NCBI GenBank assembly: GCA_946188105.1
Contig: CAMHTQ010000002.1
Coordinates: 3,357 to 67,356 of the forward strand
Source of the DNA: an uncultured Alphaproteobacteria bacterium
GTDB taxonomy: Bacteria > Pseudomonadota > Alphaproteobacteria > Rs-D84
Length of the DNA: 64,000 nt
Direction of reading: 5' to 3'
In this document: positions 19,184-29,131 of the stretch, piece after piece
How positions within the stretch are numbered: position 1 is the stretch's first letter
Layout: each line of letters begins with the position of its first letter
Notes under the pieces: model-generated
Seen by the model: only the letters and a program-made list of their open reading frames with translations
What the model was told of the DNA's origin: nothing
Databases searched by the model: none
Program-made: the position numbers and the translations under genes

Positions 19184-20397
19184 CTTTTAACGACATAATG
19201 AAAGAATCTTGGTTATCAATCAGTGGTAATAAATTGCGTTCTTTTTTGACGGTATTGGGTATTATTATCGGTGTTATGGCGGTGGTGATAATGGTTGCGG
19301 TTGGTGAAACAGTTCAGCAATCTATCACAGACCAATTTTCATCCCTGGGGACAAATACGATTGTTATTCGTGCGGGTGCTGCACGTGTTGGTGGTGTCAG
19401 AACAGGAAATCGTCAAACATTAACAATAGATGATGCTGAATATCTTGCAAAAATGCCCGATATTGCTGCGGTCAGCCCAATGCAAAATTCTGCAGCCCAG
19501 GTTGTATATGGAAATAAAAACTGGTCATCTTCGATGGTTGGTGTATATCCAGATTATCAGACAGTTCAAAATATCGATGTTGAACAGGGTACATTTTTTG
19601 ATATGGATGCTGTGAAAAACGCATCAACATATGCGGTCATAGGACCAGATACCGCAAAAGAATTAGGAATGCCTAATAATCCTGTAGGACAAATTATCAG
19701 AATTCAAAACACTCCATTTGTTGTTATCGGTGTAACCAAGGCCAAGGGTGATTCTGCAATGGGCAGTGCCGATGATATGGTAATAATTCCTATAACAACA
19801 TTAAAAAAGCGTATGTCCGGCAGTCGTTTCCCAAATGCAGTGCAATCTATTATTTTGAAATTATACCAAGATGCCGATAATAATATCGCAACCGAGCAAA
19901 TAACAGCAATTTTGCGTTCCAGACATAAATTAAAAGACGCCGATGAAGACGATTTCCAAATTACAGATATGAAACAGGTTATGGAAACAATGACAACTGT
20001 AACTGGGTATATTAAATTATTACTGGTGGCTATTGCTGCAGTTTCATTATTGGTTGGTTCTATTGGAATTATGAATATGATGTTGGTGTCCGTTGCAGAA
20101 CGCACTCGTGAAATTGGTGTCCGCAAGGCAATTGGGGCACGTGAACAAAATATTATTATTCAATTTTTATCAGAATCTGTTTTGATTTCGTTTATCGGTT
20201 CTATGACAGGATTGGTACTGGGCGAAGGCCTGGCCCAAGGTGTTGGTCGATTTTTATTACACTATAATGTGCCATTAAGTATTTGGCCAGTTGTCGTATC
20301 GGTCAGTGTCGCAATTATTGTAGGATTAGCATCTGGCGTTTTTCCTGCGATTAAGGCGGCGAAATTAAATCCGATTGACAGTTTGCGCTATGAATAA
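19180..20397 (+). CDS. MacB-family ABC transporter permease
   Basis: RSFLTVLGIIIGV, GIMNMMLVSVAERTREIGVRKAIGA, P.DSLRYE. Confidence 0.92.
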   Translation: MTFNDIMKESWLSISGNKLRSFLTVLGIIIGVMAVVIMVAVGETVQQSITDQFSSLGTNTIVIRAGAARVGGVRTGNRQTLTIDDAEYLAKMPDIAAVSPMQNSAAQVVYGNKNWSSSMVGVYPDYQTVQNIDVEQGTFFDMDAVKNASTYAVIGPDTAKELGMPNNPVGQIIRIQNTPFVVIGVTKAKGDSAMGSADDMVIIPITTLKKRMSGSRFPNAVQSIILKLYQDADNNIATEQITAILRSRHKLKDADEDDFQITDMKQVMETMTTVTGYIKLLLVAIAAVSLLVGSIGIMNMMLVSVAERTREIGVRKAIGAREQNIIIQFLSESVLISFIGSMTGLVLGEGLAQGVGRFLLHYNVPLSIWPVVVSVSVAIIVGLASGVFPAIKAAKLNPIDSLRYE

Positions 20398-20445
20398 TAA
20401 AATCGCGTCTGTGGGGCAAAATAACGCGAATTTGGATTGTATAAA

Positions 20446-21363
20446 ATGTCATATCTGTTGTTTGTTTTAGGTTTATTATTATTGGTCGGTGGTGGCGAGT
20501 TATTAGTCCAAAGTGGCATATCATTAGCCCATAAATTGCATTTATCTCCATTGATTGTTGGAATTGTTTTAATGGGTGTTGGAACATCCCTGCCAGAATT
20601 ATCAGCATCATTAAGTGCTATGTTTGCAAATCCCCCTGCCCCAGGCATTGCGTTTGGTAATGTAATTGGATCAAATATTTCAAATGTTTTGTTTATATTA
20701 GGATTGGCTGCATTGATATCGCCAATCAAGATAAATAAAGAGAATTTTCGCAGGGACGGTTTATTTATATTGTTATCTGTAATAATGTTGGGTCTGATAA
20801 TGGCATTTGGCTATATTGATTCAATAATAGGCATATTTTTATTATTATTCATCACCGGCTATTTTGTAATCTGCTATGATAAACAAGAAGAACAAGATAA
20901 TGCTCGCCAGCATATAAAATTAAAACATCCTGTGTGGCGCCTGGCGATATTTTCATTGATTGGTATTGCAATGATTGTTTATGGTGCAGATTTACTAGTT
21001 GATACTGCTTCAAAAATTGCTGATGTATTTGGGGTATCAAAATCGGTTATGGGATTGACTCTGATTGCATTTGGAACCTCCTTGCCCGAGGTAACCGTAT
21101 CCACCGTTGCGGCAATTCACAGACAAAGTGCGATTGCATTTGGTAATATTGTTGGCAGCAATATTGCAAATATATTTTTAATTGTGGGAGCAATGGGTGT
21201 TGCACGTTCCACAGCTGTTCCGCAAATGTGGCAAAGTTACAGTATTATGGCCGCTGTTACAGCATTATTGTTGATATGTGGTATTATAGGTAAAATCCCG
21301 CGTTGGGCTGGATTACTGTTTCTCGCAGCATATGCCGCATACATATGTTTTTTGTTCAAATAA
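20446..21363 (+). CDS. Calcium/sodium antiporter (YrbG family)
   Basis: Two GTSLPE and G..N..GSNI.N alpha repeats. Confidence 0.9.
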   Translation: MSYLLFVLGLLLLVGGGELLVQSGISLAHKLHLSPLIVGIVLMGVGTSLPELSASLSAMFANPPAPGIAFGNVIGSNISNVLFILGLAALISPIKINKENFRRDGLFILLSVIMLGLIMAFGYIDSIIGIFLLLFITGYFVICYDKQEEQDNARQHIKLKHPVWRLAIFSLIGIAMIVYGADLLVDTASKIADVFGVSKSVMGLTLIAFGTSLPEVTVSTVAAIHRQSAIAFGNIVGSNIANIFLIVGAMGVARSTAVPQMWQSYSIMAAVTALLLICGIIGKIPRWAGLLFLAAYAAYICFLFK

Positions 21364-22266
21364 ATCTTGGTATTTTGGCGAGTTTCTTATAATCTTATGC
21401 ATTTTTTCGCGCATTTCGTCCAATACAGGCGTATCGCAGCCCAGTTTACGCGCACGTACAATAAGTGTTTCGTATGCATAAATACCTTCAATTGTTCCAA
21501 CTAATTCCTCATTGCGCGCAATTGCCATACCGCCAGAATAATTACGACTGGTTGGTGATGTTGCAGACAAGAATAAATCCCCTAAACCACATAGACCTGT
21601 AAATGTTTTTAATTCTGCCCCCAGCGCCAATCCTAATTTAATAATCTCATTACAGCAACGTGTAAAAATTAAAGCACGTTCATTTTCTGATTTTATAGTT
21701 TCATGAATATATCCAGCAATCAATGCCATAACATTCTTACCTACACCAGAAATCTGTGTACCAATAATATCACCTGTTACATCAAGATAAGATAAATTCA
21801 AAGTTTGCAGCCCTGCTTCCATAACCTTTGCGCTGGTACCAGCCAGTGTCGAACCAGTAGGAATACCCAATGCAACCTCGTGTGCAAATTGTGGTCCTGA
21901 TAAAACACCAAAATCTGTGCATTTTGGTAATTCGCTTTGCAAAATTTCAGTCATAAATTCATGTGTTCTGCAATCTGCACCTTTGGTGCAAATGATAACA
22001 GGTTGTTGATTATAATATTTGGTAAACTTTTGTATTGTTTCACGAAAAAAAACAGCTGGTGTCACATTTAACCATAAATCAGCACTTTTTAAATCTTTTG
22101 GATCTGTAACAACGGTTAAACTCTTTGGAATATCAATGTTTTCAAAGTGTTTATATTCGCCATCAAAAGACCATAAAATAACATTTACTCCCCCGCGTGC
22201 CATATTTACTGCTAATGCTGTTCCCCATGCACCGGCACCGATAACCCCCACAGTTTTGTAAATCAT
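21313..22266 (-). CDS. gpsA: NAD(P)H-dependent glycerol-3-phosphate dehydrogenase
   Basis: GAGAWGTALA, LSGP.FA.EV, KN..A, GL.GLGDL...SRN. Confidence 0.9.
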   Translation of the reverse strand: MIYKTVGVIGAGAWGTALAVNMARGGVNVILWSFDGEYKHFENIDIPKSLTVVTDPKDLKSADLWLNVTPAVFFRETIQKFTKYYNQQPVIICTKGADCRTHEFMTEILQSELPKCTDFGVLSGPQFAHEVALGIPTGSTLAGTSAKVMEAGLQTLNLSYLDVTGDIIGTQISGVGKNVMALIAGYIHETIKSENERALIFTRCCNEIIKLGLALGAELKTFTGLCGLGDLFLSATSPTSRNYSGGMAIARNEELVGTIEGIYAYETLIVRARKLGCDTPVLDEMREKMHKIIRNSPKYQDLFEQKTYVCGICCEKQ

Positions 22267-23885
22267 TATTTAATCCTTTTTAACTTTTTTTCCAATACAG
22301 GTTTAATTGTTAAACCGTCATCAGACAATTCAATAGCACGAGAATAAGCATCACGTGCTAATTTATTTTCGCCCTTTTCCATATACATATCGCCCAAATG
22401 TTCAAATAATGAAGAACAAGAATCGGCAAGTTCGCCAACCATTTTCATTATTTCCAAAGATTCATCTAAACCTTCACGGACACGGATAACAGATCCCAAT
22501 ACATCCCATGTGCAAATATCTGCTGGGGCGAAATTAACCAATTTTAAACTATATGCATATGCCTGTCCCAAATTGTCTTCTTGGGCCGCCCAAATACGTG
22601 CCTGGATACTGAATACATCTGGATCTGGACTGGATATCAAAATACCGGCAGAATCCAAATCTTTTTGTGCGGCATCTAAATTTCCAAATATAAAATTCTT
22701 TTCGGCACGCATTTTGTATAAATGTGCCTTGGCTGCGGTTGAAATTTCTGGGTTTTTCAATGCATTATCAATTGCTTTTAATGCACCAGTTTTATCACCG
22801 CGTTGTGTTTGCCAATTCACTAATTTATTAACCGCAGGAATAAATAAAGGTTGTGCAACAATTGCCTTGCGAATTGCGGCCTCGTCTTTATTTAACTCAG
22901 CTAACCGCAGATTAACAAAAGGATAATATGGACTGGTATTCTCAATCTGTGAAAAATACTTATCAAAATTACCCTTGGTTGACATCATATACAACCCAGA
23001 ATGATAATTTATTGCATCCTGTTGAATTTGATTTTTATCCGAAGTATTTTTTGCAAAATGCAACAATAACAAAGATAAATCCGAAGATTTCATAGATTGT
23101 GTGTGTGCCACAGTTTGAACCAAATTAAATGCCAACTGATTTTTATAACCAGAATAAACAGACCAATCTGGAACATCGGTATAATTCACCATAAACATAC
23201 TACCAGGTTTAAGAGTAAATTGAGTTCTCAACATATTTGCCTGGATTTCCAAGTTATTATGTTTATAAAAAGACATTAAATACAAATAATCATTTATATT
23301 CATAAACTCTGGTCTGACATCAGCAAAAGCATCGATTGCCTTTTGTAATTTGCCCTGCTCTGCATAAATTTGTCCGCGTAAAAATGCCTCCCACGATGGA
23401 TTTGTTCCTAAACTATTTACGAATTTTAATGTGTCTGTAATACGGTTTGTTGCAACCCCAGACCAAATACGGAACGGAGATAACAACCGCATATTATCTG
23501 TTTTGTGTCTTGCATATAAATCTGCCCATTTGCCCTTGTTCACCAAAACAGCATCGCCAACAATTTTTGAAATAATAGTTTTGTTTTTACCAGAATTTGG
23601 CACACTGTCGGGTAAATTACCGTTTAAAAAGTCGGTTAAAACACGAATTTCATCCACCGATTTGTACGAATGTGCCTCGGGGTTTATGCTATCCATAAAC
23701 TCGCCCGCCCTATCAAAATTATTTGTATACAGAGCATGCTGGGCGGCCAAAAACGCGCCATAACTGGTTGTTGGAACTTTTCCACTTGGTTGCCCAGTGG
23801 TGCTTGGTGTACGAGTCAGGTAAATGGCGACCAATCCGGCTACCAATACCCCCGACACAAAAAATAATGTTTTTATTGGTTTCAT
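22266..23885 (-). CDS. Membrane-anchored tetratricopeptide repeat protein
   Basis: N-terminal TM, YGAFLAA, C-terminal EHLGD.Y...G....AR..Y.RA TPR motif. Confidence 0.7.
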   Translation of the reverse strand: MKPIKTLFFVSGVLVAGLVAIYLTRTPSTTGQPSGKVPTTSYGAFLAAQHALYTNNFDRAGEFMDSINPEAHSYKSVDEIRVLTDFLNGNLPDSVPNSGKNKTIISKIVGDAVLVNKGKWADLYARHKTDNMRLLSPFRIWSGVATNRITDTLKFVNSLGTNPSWEAFLRGQIYAEQGKLQKAIDAFADVRPEFMNINDYLYLMSFYKHNNLEIQANMLRTQFTLKPGSMFMVNYTDVPDWSVYSGYKNQLAFNLVQTVAHTQSMKSSDLSLLLLHFAKNTSDKNQIQQDAINYHSGLYMMSTKGNFDKYFSQIENTSPYYPFVNLRLAELNKDEAAIRKAIVAQPLFIPAVNKLVNWQTQRGDKTGALKAIDNALKNPEISTAAKAHLYKMRAEKNFIFGNLDAAQKDLDSAGILISSPDPDVFSIQARIWAAQEDNLGQAYAYSLKLVNFAPADICTWDVLGSVIRVREGLDESLEIMKMVGELADSCSSLFEHLGDMYMEKGENKLARDAYSRAIELSDDGLTIKPVLEKKLKRIK

Positions 23886-23911
23886 GATTTTTATATGTTA
23901 GAATATTTTTT

Positions 23912-24466
23912 ATGGAAAACAAAGATAAATTTGAATTATATAAAACATTATTGTGCGAATGGTCAAAACGTATGAATTTGGTGGCCCCCAGCACATTAAA
24001 TGATATTGATAACCGCCATATCGCAGATTCTGCACAATTGGCGGATTATTTGCCTGTGAATATTGATATTATCGATTTGGGCAGTGGTGCCGGATTCCCA
24101 GCCGTTGTTTTGGCGATATTGGGCTGGCACGTTACATGTATCGAATCGATTGGGAAAAAAGTGTCTTTTCTGACCGAGGTTAAAAATCAATTACACCTGG
24201 ACAACCTGACAATTTATCATGGACGTGTCGAAGATTATGTGGCGAAATTACCAAAAAACACCAAGTATATATTTACCGCGCGTGCGTTTGCGCCATTGGT
24301 AAAAATTCTGGATTATGTCCATAAAACAAAATATGAATTATTCTTGTTAAAGGGTCGTGATATTATGAATGAAATAGATACCGCAAAACAAAAATATCGG
24401 TTTGAATTCGAATTACATCCGTCTAAAACAGGCGATGGGTTTATTGCAAACATCAACAAAAAATAA
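23912..24466 (+). CDS. rsmG: 16S rRNA m7G527 methyltransferase RsmG (GidB)
   Basis: MNLVA, RHIADS, DLGSGAGFP, TARAFA. Confidence 0.93.
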   Translation: MENKDKFELYKTLLCEWSKRMNLVAPSTLNDIDNRHIADSAQLADYLPVNIDIIDLGSGAGFPAVVLAILGWHVTCIESIGKKVSFLTEVKNQLHLDNLTIYHGRVEDYVAKLPKNTKYIFTARAFAPLVKILDYVHKTKYELFLLKGRDIMNEIDTAKQKYRFEFELHPSKTGDGFIANINKK

Positions 24467-24468
24467 TC

Positions 24469-24482
24469 ATTTCATATGAAAT
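24469..24482. promoter_or_regulatory. parS-like palindrome
   Basis: ATTTCATATGAAAT perfect 14-bp palindrome resembling TGTTTCACGTGAAACA, upstream of parAB. Confidence 0.55.
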
Positions 24483-24508
24483 AAAAATTAAAGTGTTGAA
24501 AACACATT

Positions 24509-24539
24509 AAAAAAATACCGGCATTTACCGGTGTTTTTT
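24509..24539. terminator. Bidirectional-type terminator after rsmG
   Basis: A-run-TACCGG-cattt-ACCGGTG-T-run. Confidence 0.55.
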
Positions 24540-24653
24540 ATGCGTATTTTAAACAACAAATATTATTGTTGAAAAATTTCGGCTTTTTACGGTGTTTTTG
24601 AATAAAAAAATAAAAAAGGCCGGTGCAGATAAAATGTTGAAAAAAATAATATA

Positions 24654-24667
24654 ATTTCATGTGAAAT
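24654..24667. promoter_or_regulatory. parS-like palindrome
   Basis: ATTTCATGTGAAAT, retaining the TTTCA.GTGAAA core of canonical parS. Confidence 0.6.
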
Positions 24668-24777
24668 AAAAAATAACTGTTTGAAAATACATTATATTTT
24701 AGTGTGTATTTTATATTGCTTGACCGAATCATAAAATTTTGCTTATGATTTTAATGAAAAAAAGGAAGTGATTTAAT

Positions 24778-25551
24778 ATGACAAGGATAATAGCATTTGC
24801 AAATCAAAAAGGTGGTGTGGGAAAAACAACGACTGCAATCAATATCGGTGCATCGTTGGCTGCAATAAAAAAGCGTGTATTATTAATAGATTTGGATCAA
24901 CAAGGTAATGCTGGAACTGGGCTGGGCTTTGTTCGTGCGCAACATAAACAAAGTGTATACGGTGTGATTATGGGAACAAACAATATTGCCGAAAATATTT
25001 TAACAACTGCTGTCCCAGGATTACATTTATTGCCGTCTGGAATCGAAATGGCCAGTGCCGAGGTTGATTTGCTGGATATTGAAAATCGTGAATACAGATT
25101 GCGAGATGCGTTAAAACCTGTGTTGGATTATTATGATTATATTTTGTTGGATTGTCCCCCTGCTCTGGGCTTGGTAACAATAAATGCTTTAAATGCCGCG
25201 GACAGCGTGATTATCCCATTACAGTGCGAGTTTTTTGCACTAGAGGGTATCAGCCAATTAGTAAGTACTATCAACAAAGTTCAGAAAAAATGGAATCCGG
25301 ACTTAAAGATTTTGGGTGTTTTATTGACTATGTATGACAAACGTTATTCTATGACACGGGATGTCGAAAACGATGTCAGAAAAACATTCGGTGATGCGGT
25401 GTTTAAAACTGTCGTCCCACGAAATGTTCGTGTGGCCGAGGCACCTAGCCATGGAAAGCCGGCATTATTCTATGACTTTAATTCCACCGGCGCCCAGGGG
25501 TATTTGCGTGTGGCAACAGAAATTGTAAATAAATTAGAACAAGGGGAATAA
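24778..25551 (+). CDS. parA: Chromosome partitioning ATPase ParA
   Basis: NQKGGVGKTTT, DCPPALG, PLQCEFFALEG, PRNVRVAEAPSHG. Confidence 0.96.
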   Translation: MTRIIAFANQKGGVGKTTTAINIGASLAAIKKRVLLIDLDQQGNAGTGLGFVRAQHKQSVYGVIMGTNNIAENILTTAVPGLHLLPSGIEMASAEVDLLDIENREYRLRDALKPVLDYYDYILLDCPPALGLVTINALNAADSVIIPLQCEFFALEGISQLVSTINKVQKKWNPDLKILGVLLTMYDKRYSMTRDVENDVRKTFGDAVFKTVVPRNVRVAEAPSHGKPALFYDFNSTGAQGYLRVATEIVNKLEQGE

Positions 25552-25552
25552 A

Positions 25553-26431
25553 ATGGCATCAAAATTTGGATTGGGACGTGGACTTGCAGATATTCAGGCC
25601 AGTATGGGTGAAATCCCAGATATTTCTATTTTAACTGGTGGTGAACGCGTTGTTATAAAACAAATTCCATTGGTACAAATTGGTGCCAATCCCGACCAGC
25701 CACGTAAAACTTTTAATGCGGACGAATTAAATGATTTGGCGACATCTATAAAAGAAAAGGGCGTTTTACAACCGATTTTATTACGTGCCGTTCAAAACCG
25801 TCCATATAATTATGAAATTGTTGCTGGTGAACGTCGGTTCAGGGCTTCTAAAATTGCGGGCTTGTCAGAAATTCCTGCGGTTATAAAAAAATTAGATGAC
25901 AGCGATGCAATGGAAATCGCATTGATTGAAAATGTGCAACGCGAAAATTTGGATCCAATAGAAGAGGCGGCTGCATACAAAAATCTGATAGATAAATGTA
26001 ATTATGATATATCAGATGTATCCCGTTTGATTGGTAAATCTGAAAGTTATATTCGTAATTCTATTAGATTGACAGATTTACCAAAATCGGTTCAGAAAAT
26101 GGTGTCTGATGGCATGATATCTGCATCCCATGCGCGTACAATCGCGGTTGCAGATAATCCAGAACAATTGGCCCAAGAAATTGTTCAAAATAAAATGTCG
26201 GTATCAGATACCGCATCGCGTGTAAAAAATGTAAAAAGAGCCGGCAAAAGCCGAGGTTTTACAAACAAAACAATATCTGCCAATGATATCAAAAAAATCG
26301 AATCTGATATTAAAAAGGCATTAAAAGTTACGGCAAAAATCATAGAACGTCGTGGCGGAGCAGGGCAGATTATACTAAAATTCAATACCCGTATTGAAAT
26401 GAACGAATTGGTGGAAAAACTAACCAAATAA
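25553..26431 (+). CDS. parB: Chromosome partitioning protein ParB
   Basis: GLGRGL, NPDQPRK.F, GERRFRA, ALIENVQRE.L. Confidence 0.96.
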   Translation: MASKFGLGRGLADIQASMGEIPDISILTGGERVVIKQIPLVQIGANPDQPRKTFNADELNDLATSIKEKGVLQPILLRAVQNRPYNYEIVAGERRFRASKIAGLSEIPAVIKKLDDSDAMEIALIENVQRENLDPIEEAAAYKNLIDKCNYDISDVSRLIGKSESYIRNSIRLTDLPKSVQKMVSDGMISASHARTIAVADNPEQLAQEIVQNKMSVSDTASRVKNVKRAGKSRGFTNKTISANDIKKIESDIKKALKVTAKIIERRGGAGQIILKFNTRIEMNELVEKLTK

Positions 26432-26438
26432 AATTGTT

Positions 26439-26469
26439 AAAAAATACCGGTGTTTACCGGTATTTTTTT
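26439..26469. terminator. Bidirectional terminator between parB and pal
   Basis: AAAAAATACCGG-tgttta-CCGGTATTTTTT. Confidence 0.7.
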
Positions 26470-26538
26470 GCATTTTTGTTATAAAAAAAGAAACGCGAAC
26501 AATCGCCCGCGCCTCTTTCAGAATTTTTCAACAAACTA

Positions 26539-26958
26539 TTATTTTTTAACAGTTGTTGTTGCGTTACGGTTCATTTTCCAAACGGCTTCGCCTGTACCTT
26601 TTACCAAAGGACGTTCTTTACCATAGGAAATTGTAGAAATACGTTTTGCATCGATACCGTCTTTGACTAACACTGATTTAGCAGCGTTTGCACGACGGGC
26701 ACCCAATGCCAAGTTGTATTCTGTAGAACCACGTTCGTCGCAATTACCAGCGATTTGGATTTTAACATCTTCGTGATTTTTCATATACAAAGATTGACCC
26801 AACAAGTTGTTGTTTGCTTCTTCAGAAATTTCAGAAGAGTTAAATGCGAAGAAAACGCGTTGATTATTCAAGTCAGCTGGTTCAACGACACTGGAACCAC
26901 CACAAGCGGCCAACATGCCAGAAACACCTGCTAACAACACAAAGTTTTTTACTTTCAT
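26539..26958 (-). CDS. pal: Peptidoglycan-associated lipoprotein Pal
   Basis: Lipobox LAAC; G.CDERGS.EYNLALG.RRA; ISYGKERP. Confidence 0.92.
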   Translation of the reverse strand: MKVKNFVLLAGVSGMLAACGGSSVVEPADLNNQRVFFAFNSSEISEEANNNLLGQSLYMKNHEDVKIQIAGNCDERGSTEYNLALGARRANAAKSVLVKDGIDAKRISTISYGKERPLVKGTGEAVWKMNRNATTTVKK

Positions 26959-27040
26959 GAAAATACTCCCTTGAGTTTTTGTTACTCGTGAATTATTCTA
27001 TATCAAAAGAATCGTAAAAGCAAGGGGAAACACAAAAAAA

Positions 27041-27808
27041 ATGAATAAATACAATATACAAGATTTAGAATTGGCTGGTGTACGCTGGGAAATAGCCGAT
27101 ATTCCACTTGCTTTGCGTGCAAAATGGAACGGTGAAAATCAGGCCACACAACAAAATAATCCACAACAAAATGGCGAATCGCCCAAGGTTACCGTTGTGC
27201 CACCAATCGCGCCTGTTGCGACTGTCAGTCCAGAAACGGCAATTTCTATGGCGGAACGCCCATCTGACATTGAAACATTGATTCGTATGGTTGGTGAATT
27301 TAATCACCCATTACGCAGTGCCGTAACCCAGGCGGTTATGCCCAATATTGCCAAGGATCCAAATGGTCTGGTCATAGTAACAGATGTCCCCGGTGCCGAT
27401 GATGATGCGTCTGGAAAAATTTTATCAGGTGGGGCAGGGGATTTATTGGATAAAATGCTGGCTGCGATTGGTATGAATCGTGATAATGTATCTATAATCC
27501 CAATTATATTCTGGCGAACCCCCGGTGGCAGAACACCAACCGAACAAGAGTTAAGTTTATCAATGCCATTTGTGAATCGTTTTATTGAATTTTTGAACCC
27601 TAAAATGATTCTGACATTGGGGGCAACCCCCGCCCAAGAAATTGCAAAAATACAATTATCGCATGCTCATGGGACGGTAAATAAAACAGATTCAGGAATT
27701 GATGTAATGTCAATTTACCATCCAAATTATTTGATATTAAAACCATCGGCTAAACGTGATGTTTGGAATTCTTTACAAGAATTGCAAAAATTGTTGAAAA
27801 ACCAATAA
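27041..27808 (+). CDS. Uracil-DNA glycosylase family 4-like protein with degenerate active site
   Basis: AG.LLDKML.AIG, WR.PG.RTPT..E, YHP.Y....P..KR..W..L; GEAPG changed to TDVPG; no Cys. Confidence 0.8.
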   Translation: MNKYNIQDLELAGVRWEIADIPLALRAKWNGENQATQQNNPQQNGESPKVTVVPPIAPVATVSPETAISMAERPSDIETLIRMVGEFNHPLRSAVTQAVMPNIAKDPNGLVIVTDVPGADDDASGKILSGGAGDLLDKMLAAIGMNRDNVSIIPIIFWRTPGGRTPTEQELSLSMPFVNRFIEFLNPKMILTLGATPAQEIAKIQLSHAHGTVNKTDSGIDVMSIYHPNYLILKPSAKRDVWNSLQELQKLLKNQ

Positions 27809-27851
27809 ATATATTCAATAATTACCCCAGGTAATTACAAAGGAGCCGACA

Positions 27852-28409
27852 ATTAAACCAAATATGAATAACCGTGATAACAAGCGTGATAACGGTCCAC
27901 GCATGAATAATAGGATTTTTGCAAAATCTGTTCAGGTAATTAACTTTGATGGTCAAAATATGGGCGTTATGCCAACAGCCGAGGCATTGGAATTGGCATC
28001 AAATGCTGGGATGGATTTGGTCGAAATAAACAGTTCAACCGATACACCAATTGTCAAAATTATGGACTATGGTAAGTATAAATATGAACAAAAGAAACGT
28101 GCATCCGAGGCCAAGAAAAACCAGAAAAATGTCGGTATGCGTGATGTATGGGTAAAACCATTTATCGAAGAAAACGATTTAAAAATCAAAATGAAAAAGG
28201 TTTTTGAATTCTTGGATAACGGGGACAAGGTTAAAATTTCCGTCATGACCAAGGGTTCAAAACGTGTTCTGGCCCAAGGACGCGAGGCAATCCCAGAATT
28301 ATTTGCTCATATTATGGAAATAATTGGGGAACGTGGAACATTGGAATCGAAATCCAAACCGGATGAAAGAACAAAATCCATCGTTGTTGCCCCGGTAAAA
28401 GCAAAATAG
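27852..28409 (+). CDS. infC: Translation initiation factor IF-3 (probable ATT start at 27852)
   Basis: MDLVEI, KIMDYGKYKYE, GDKVKI; AGGAG SD 6 nt before an in-frame ATT. Confidence 0.93.
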   Translation: MKPNMNNRDNKRDNGPRMNNRIFAKSVQVINFDGQNMGVMPTAEALELASNAGMDLVEINSSTDTPIVKIMDYGKYKYEQKKRASEAKKNQKNVGMRDVWVKPFIEENDLKIKMKKVFEFLDNGDKVKISVMTKGSKRVLAQGREAIPELFAHIMEIIGERGTLESKSKPDERTKSIVVAPVKAK

Positions 28410-28413
28410 ATAT

Positions 28414-28444
28414 AAAAAAAATGCCCAATCGGGCATTTTTTTTA
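28414..28444. terminator. Bidirectional terminator between infC and ybaB
   Basis: A8-TGCCC-aatc-GGGCA-T9. Confidence 0.75.
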
Positions 28445-28454
28445 TCCATTTTTA

Positions 28455-28754
28455 TTAAAACGGTAAATTTACGCCTGCGGTGGCCCGAGACATCTTTTCA
28501 TCAATAATGGTGTCTGCTTTACCTTTTGCATCTAAAAACGCGTCACGGACGATTTTAGATAGCTCTGATGCGGAATATTTCATTGCGGCATCAGAAATAA
28601 TTACCTGTTTAATATCATATTTGCCAGTCATTTCAACAATAACCGCACCGTTACCAGCCAAACCCTTGACCAAAATATCACCCAAAGAATCCTGAACGGC
28701 ACTAACTTTGGCTTGCAATTCTTTGGCCTGGGCCATCATTTCACTTAAATCCAT
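28455..28754 (-). CDS. ybaB: YbaB/EbfC nucleoid-associated protein
   Basis: MM.QAKELQ, V.G.AG.G.V.V.M.G, C-terminal G.NLPF. Confidence 0.88.
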   Translation of the reverse strand: MDLSEMMAQAKELQAKVSAVQDSLGDILVKGLAGNGAVIVEMTGKYDIKQVIISDAAMKYSASELSKIVRDAFLDAKGKADTIIDEKMSRATAGVNLPF

Positions 28755-29131
28755 TATCTTTCTCCATGTATTTTCATCATCATTGCTGCATAGCGTGGAA
28801 CATCAAATAAATCTTGTTGAAATTTATTAAAATTACATGCAATCAAATATCTTTTAGAAAAATCCAATGCTTCATCATAGCTTGCAAATGGTTGTTGGGT
28901 GCTGTAACAATAAAAATTAGCAAAATGGAACCACCAATCATAACAAGAATCATGCGGTTCAATAAATACCCCAGATAAACATTTACATCTGCCTCGACTA
29001 TCTTTGCCCAACATATATCTGCGGATAGATGGAATTTCTTTTTTATCGCATCTTAAAAAACGTGCCCACTGAGCATCAGACCAATGTTGTGCTGCATCAT
29101 ATAAACGTGTATCAACATCTTTTAAATTCAT
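28754..29131 (-). CDS. Hypothetical protein (paralog of 29131-29514)
   Basis: 125-aa ORF translationally coupled by 1-nt overlaps on both sides. Confidence 0.7.
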   Translation of the reverse strand: MNLKDVDTRLYDAAQHWSDAQWARFLRCDKKEIPSIRRYMLGKDSRGRCKCLSGVFIEPHDSCYDWWFHFANFYCYSTQQPFASYDEALDFSKRYLIACNFNKFQQDLFDVPRYAAMMMKIHGER

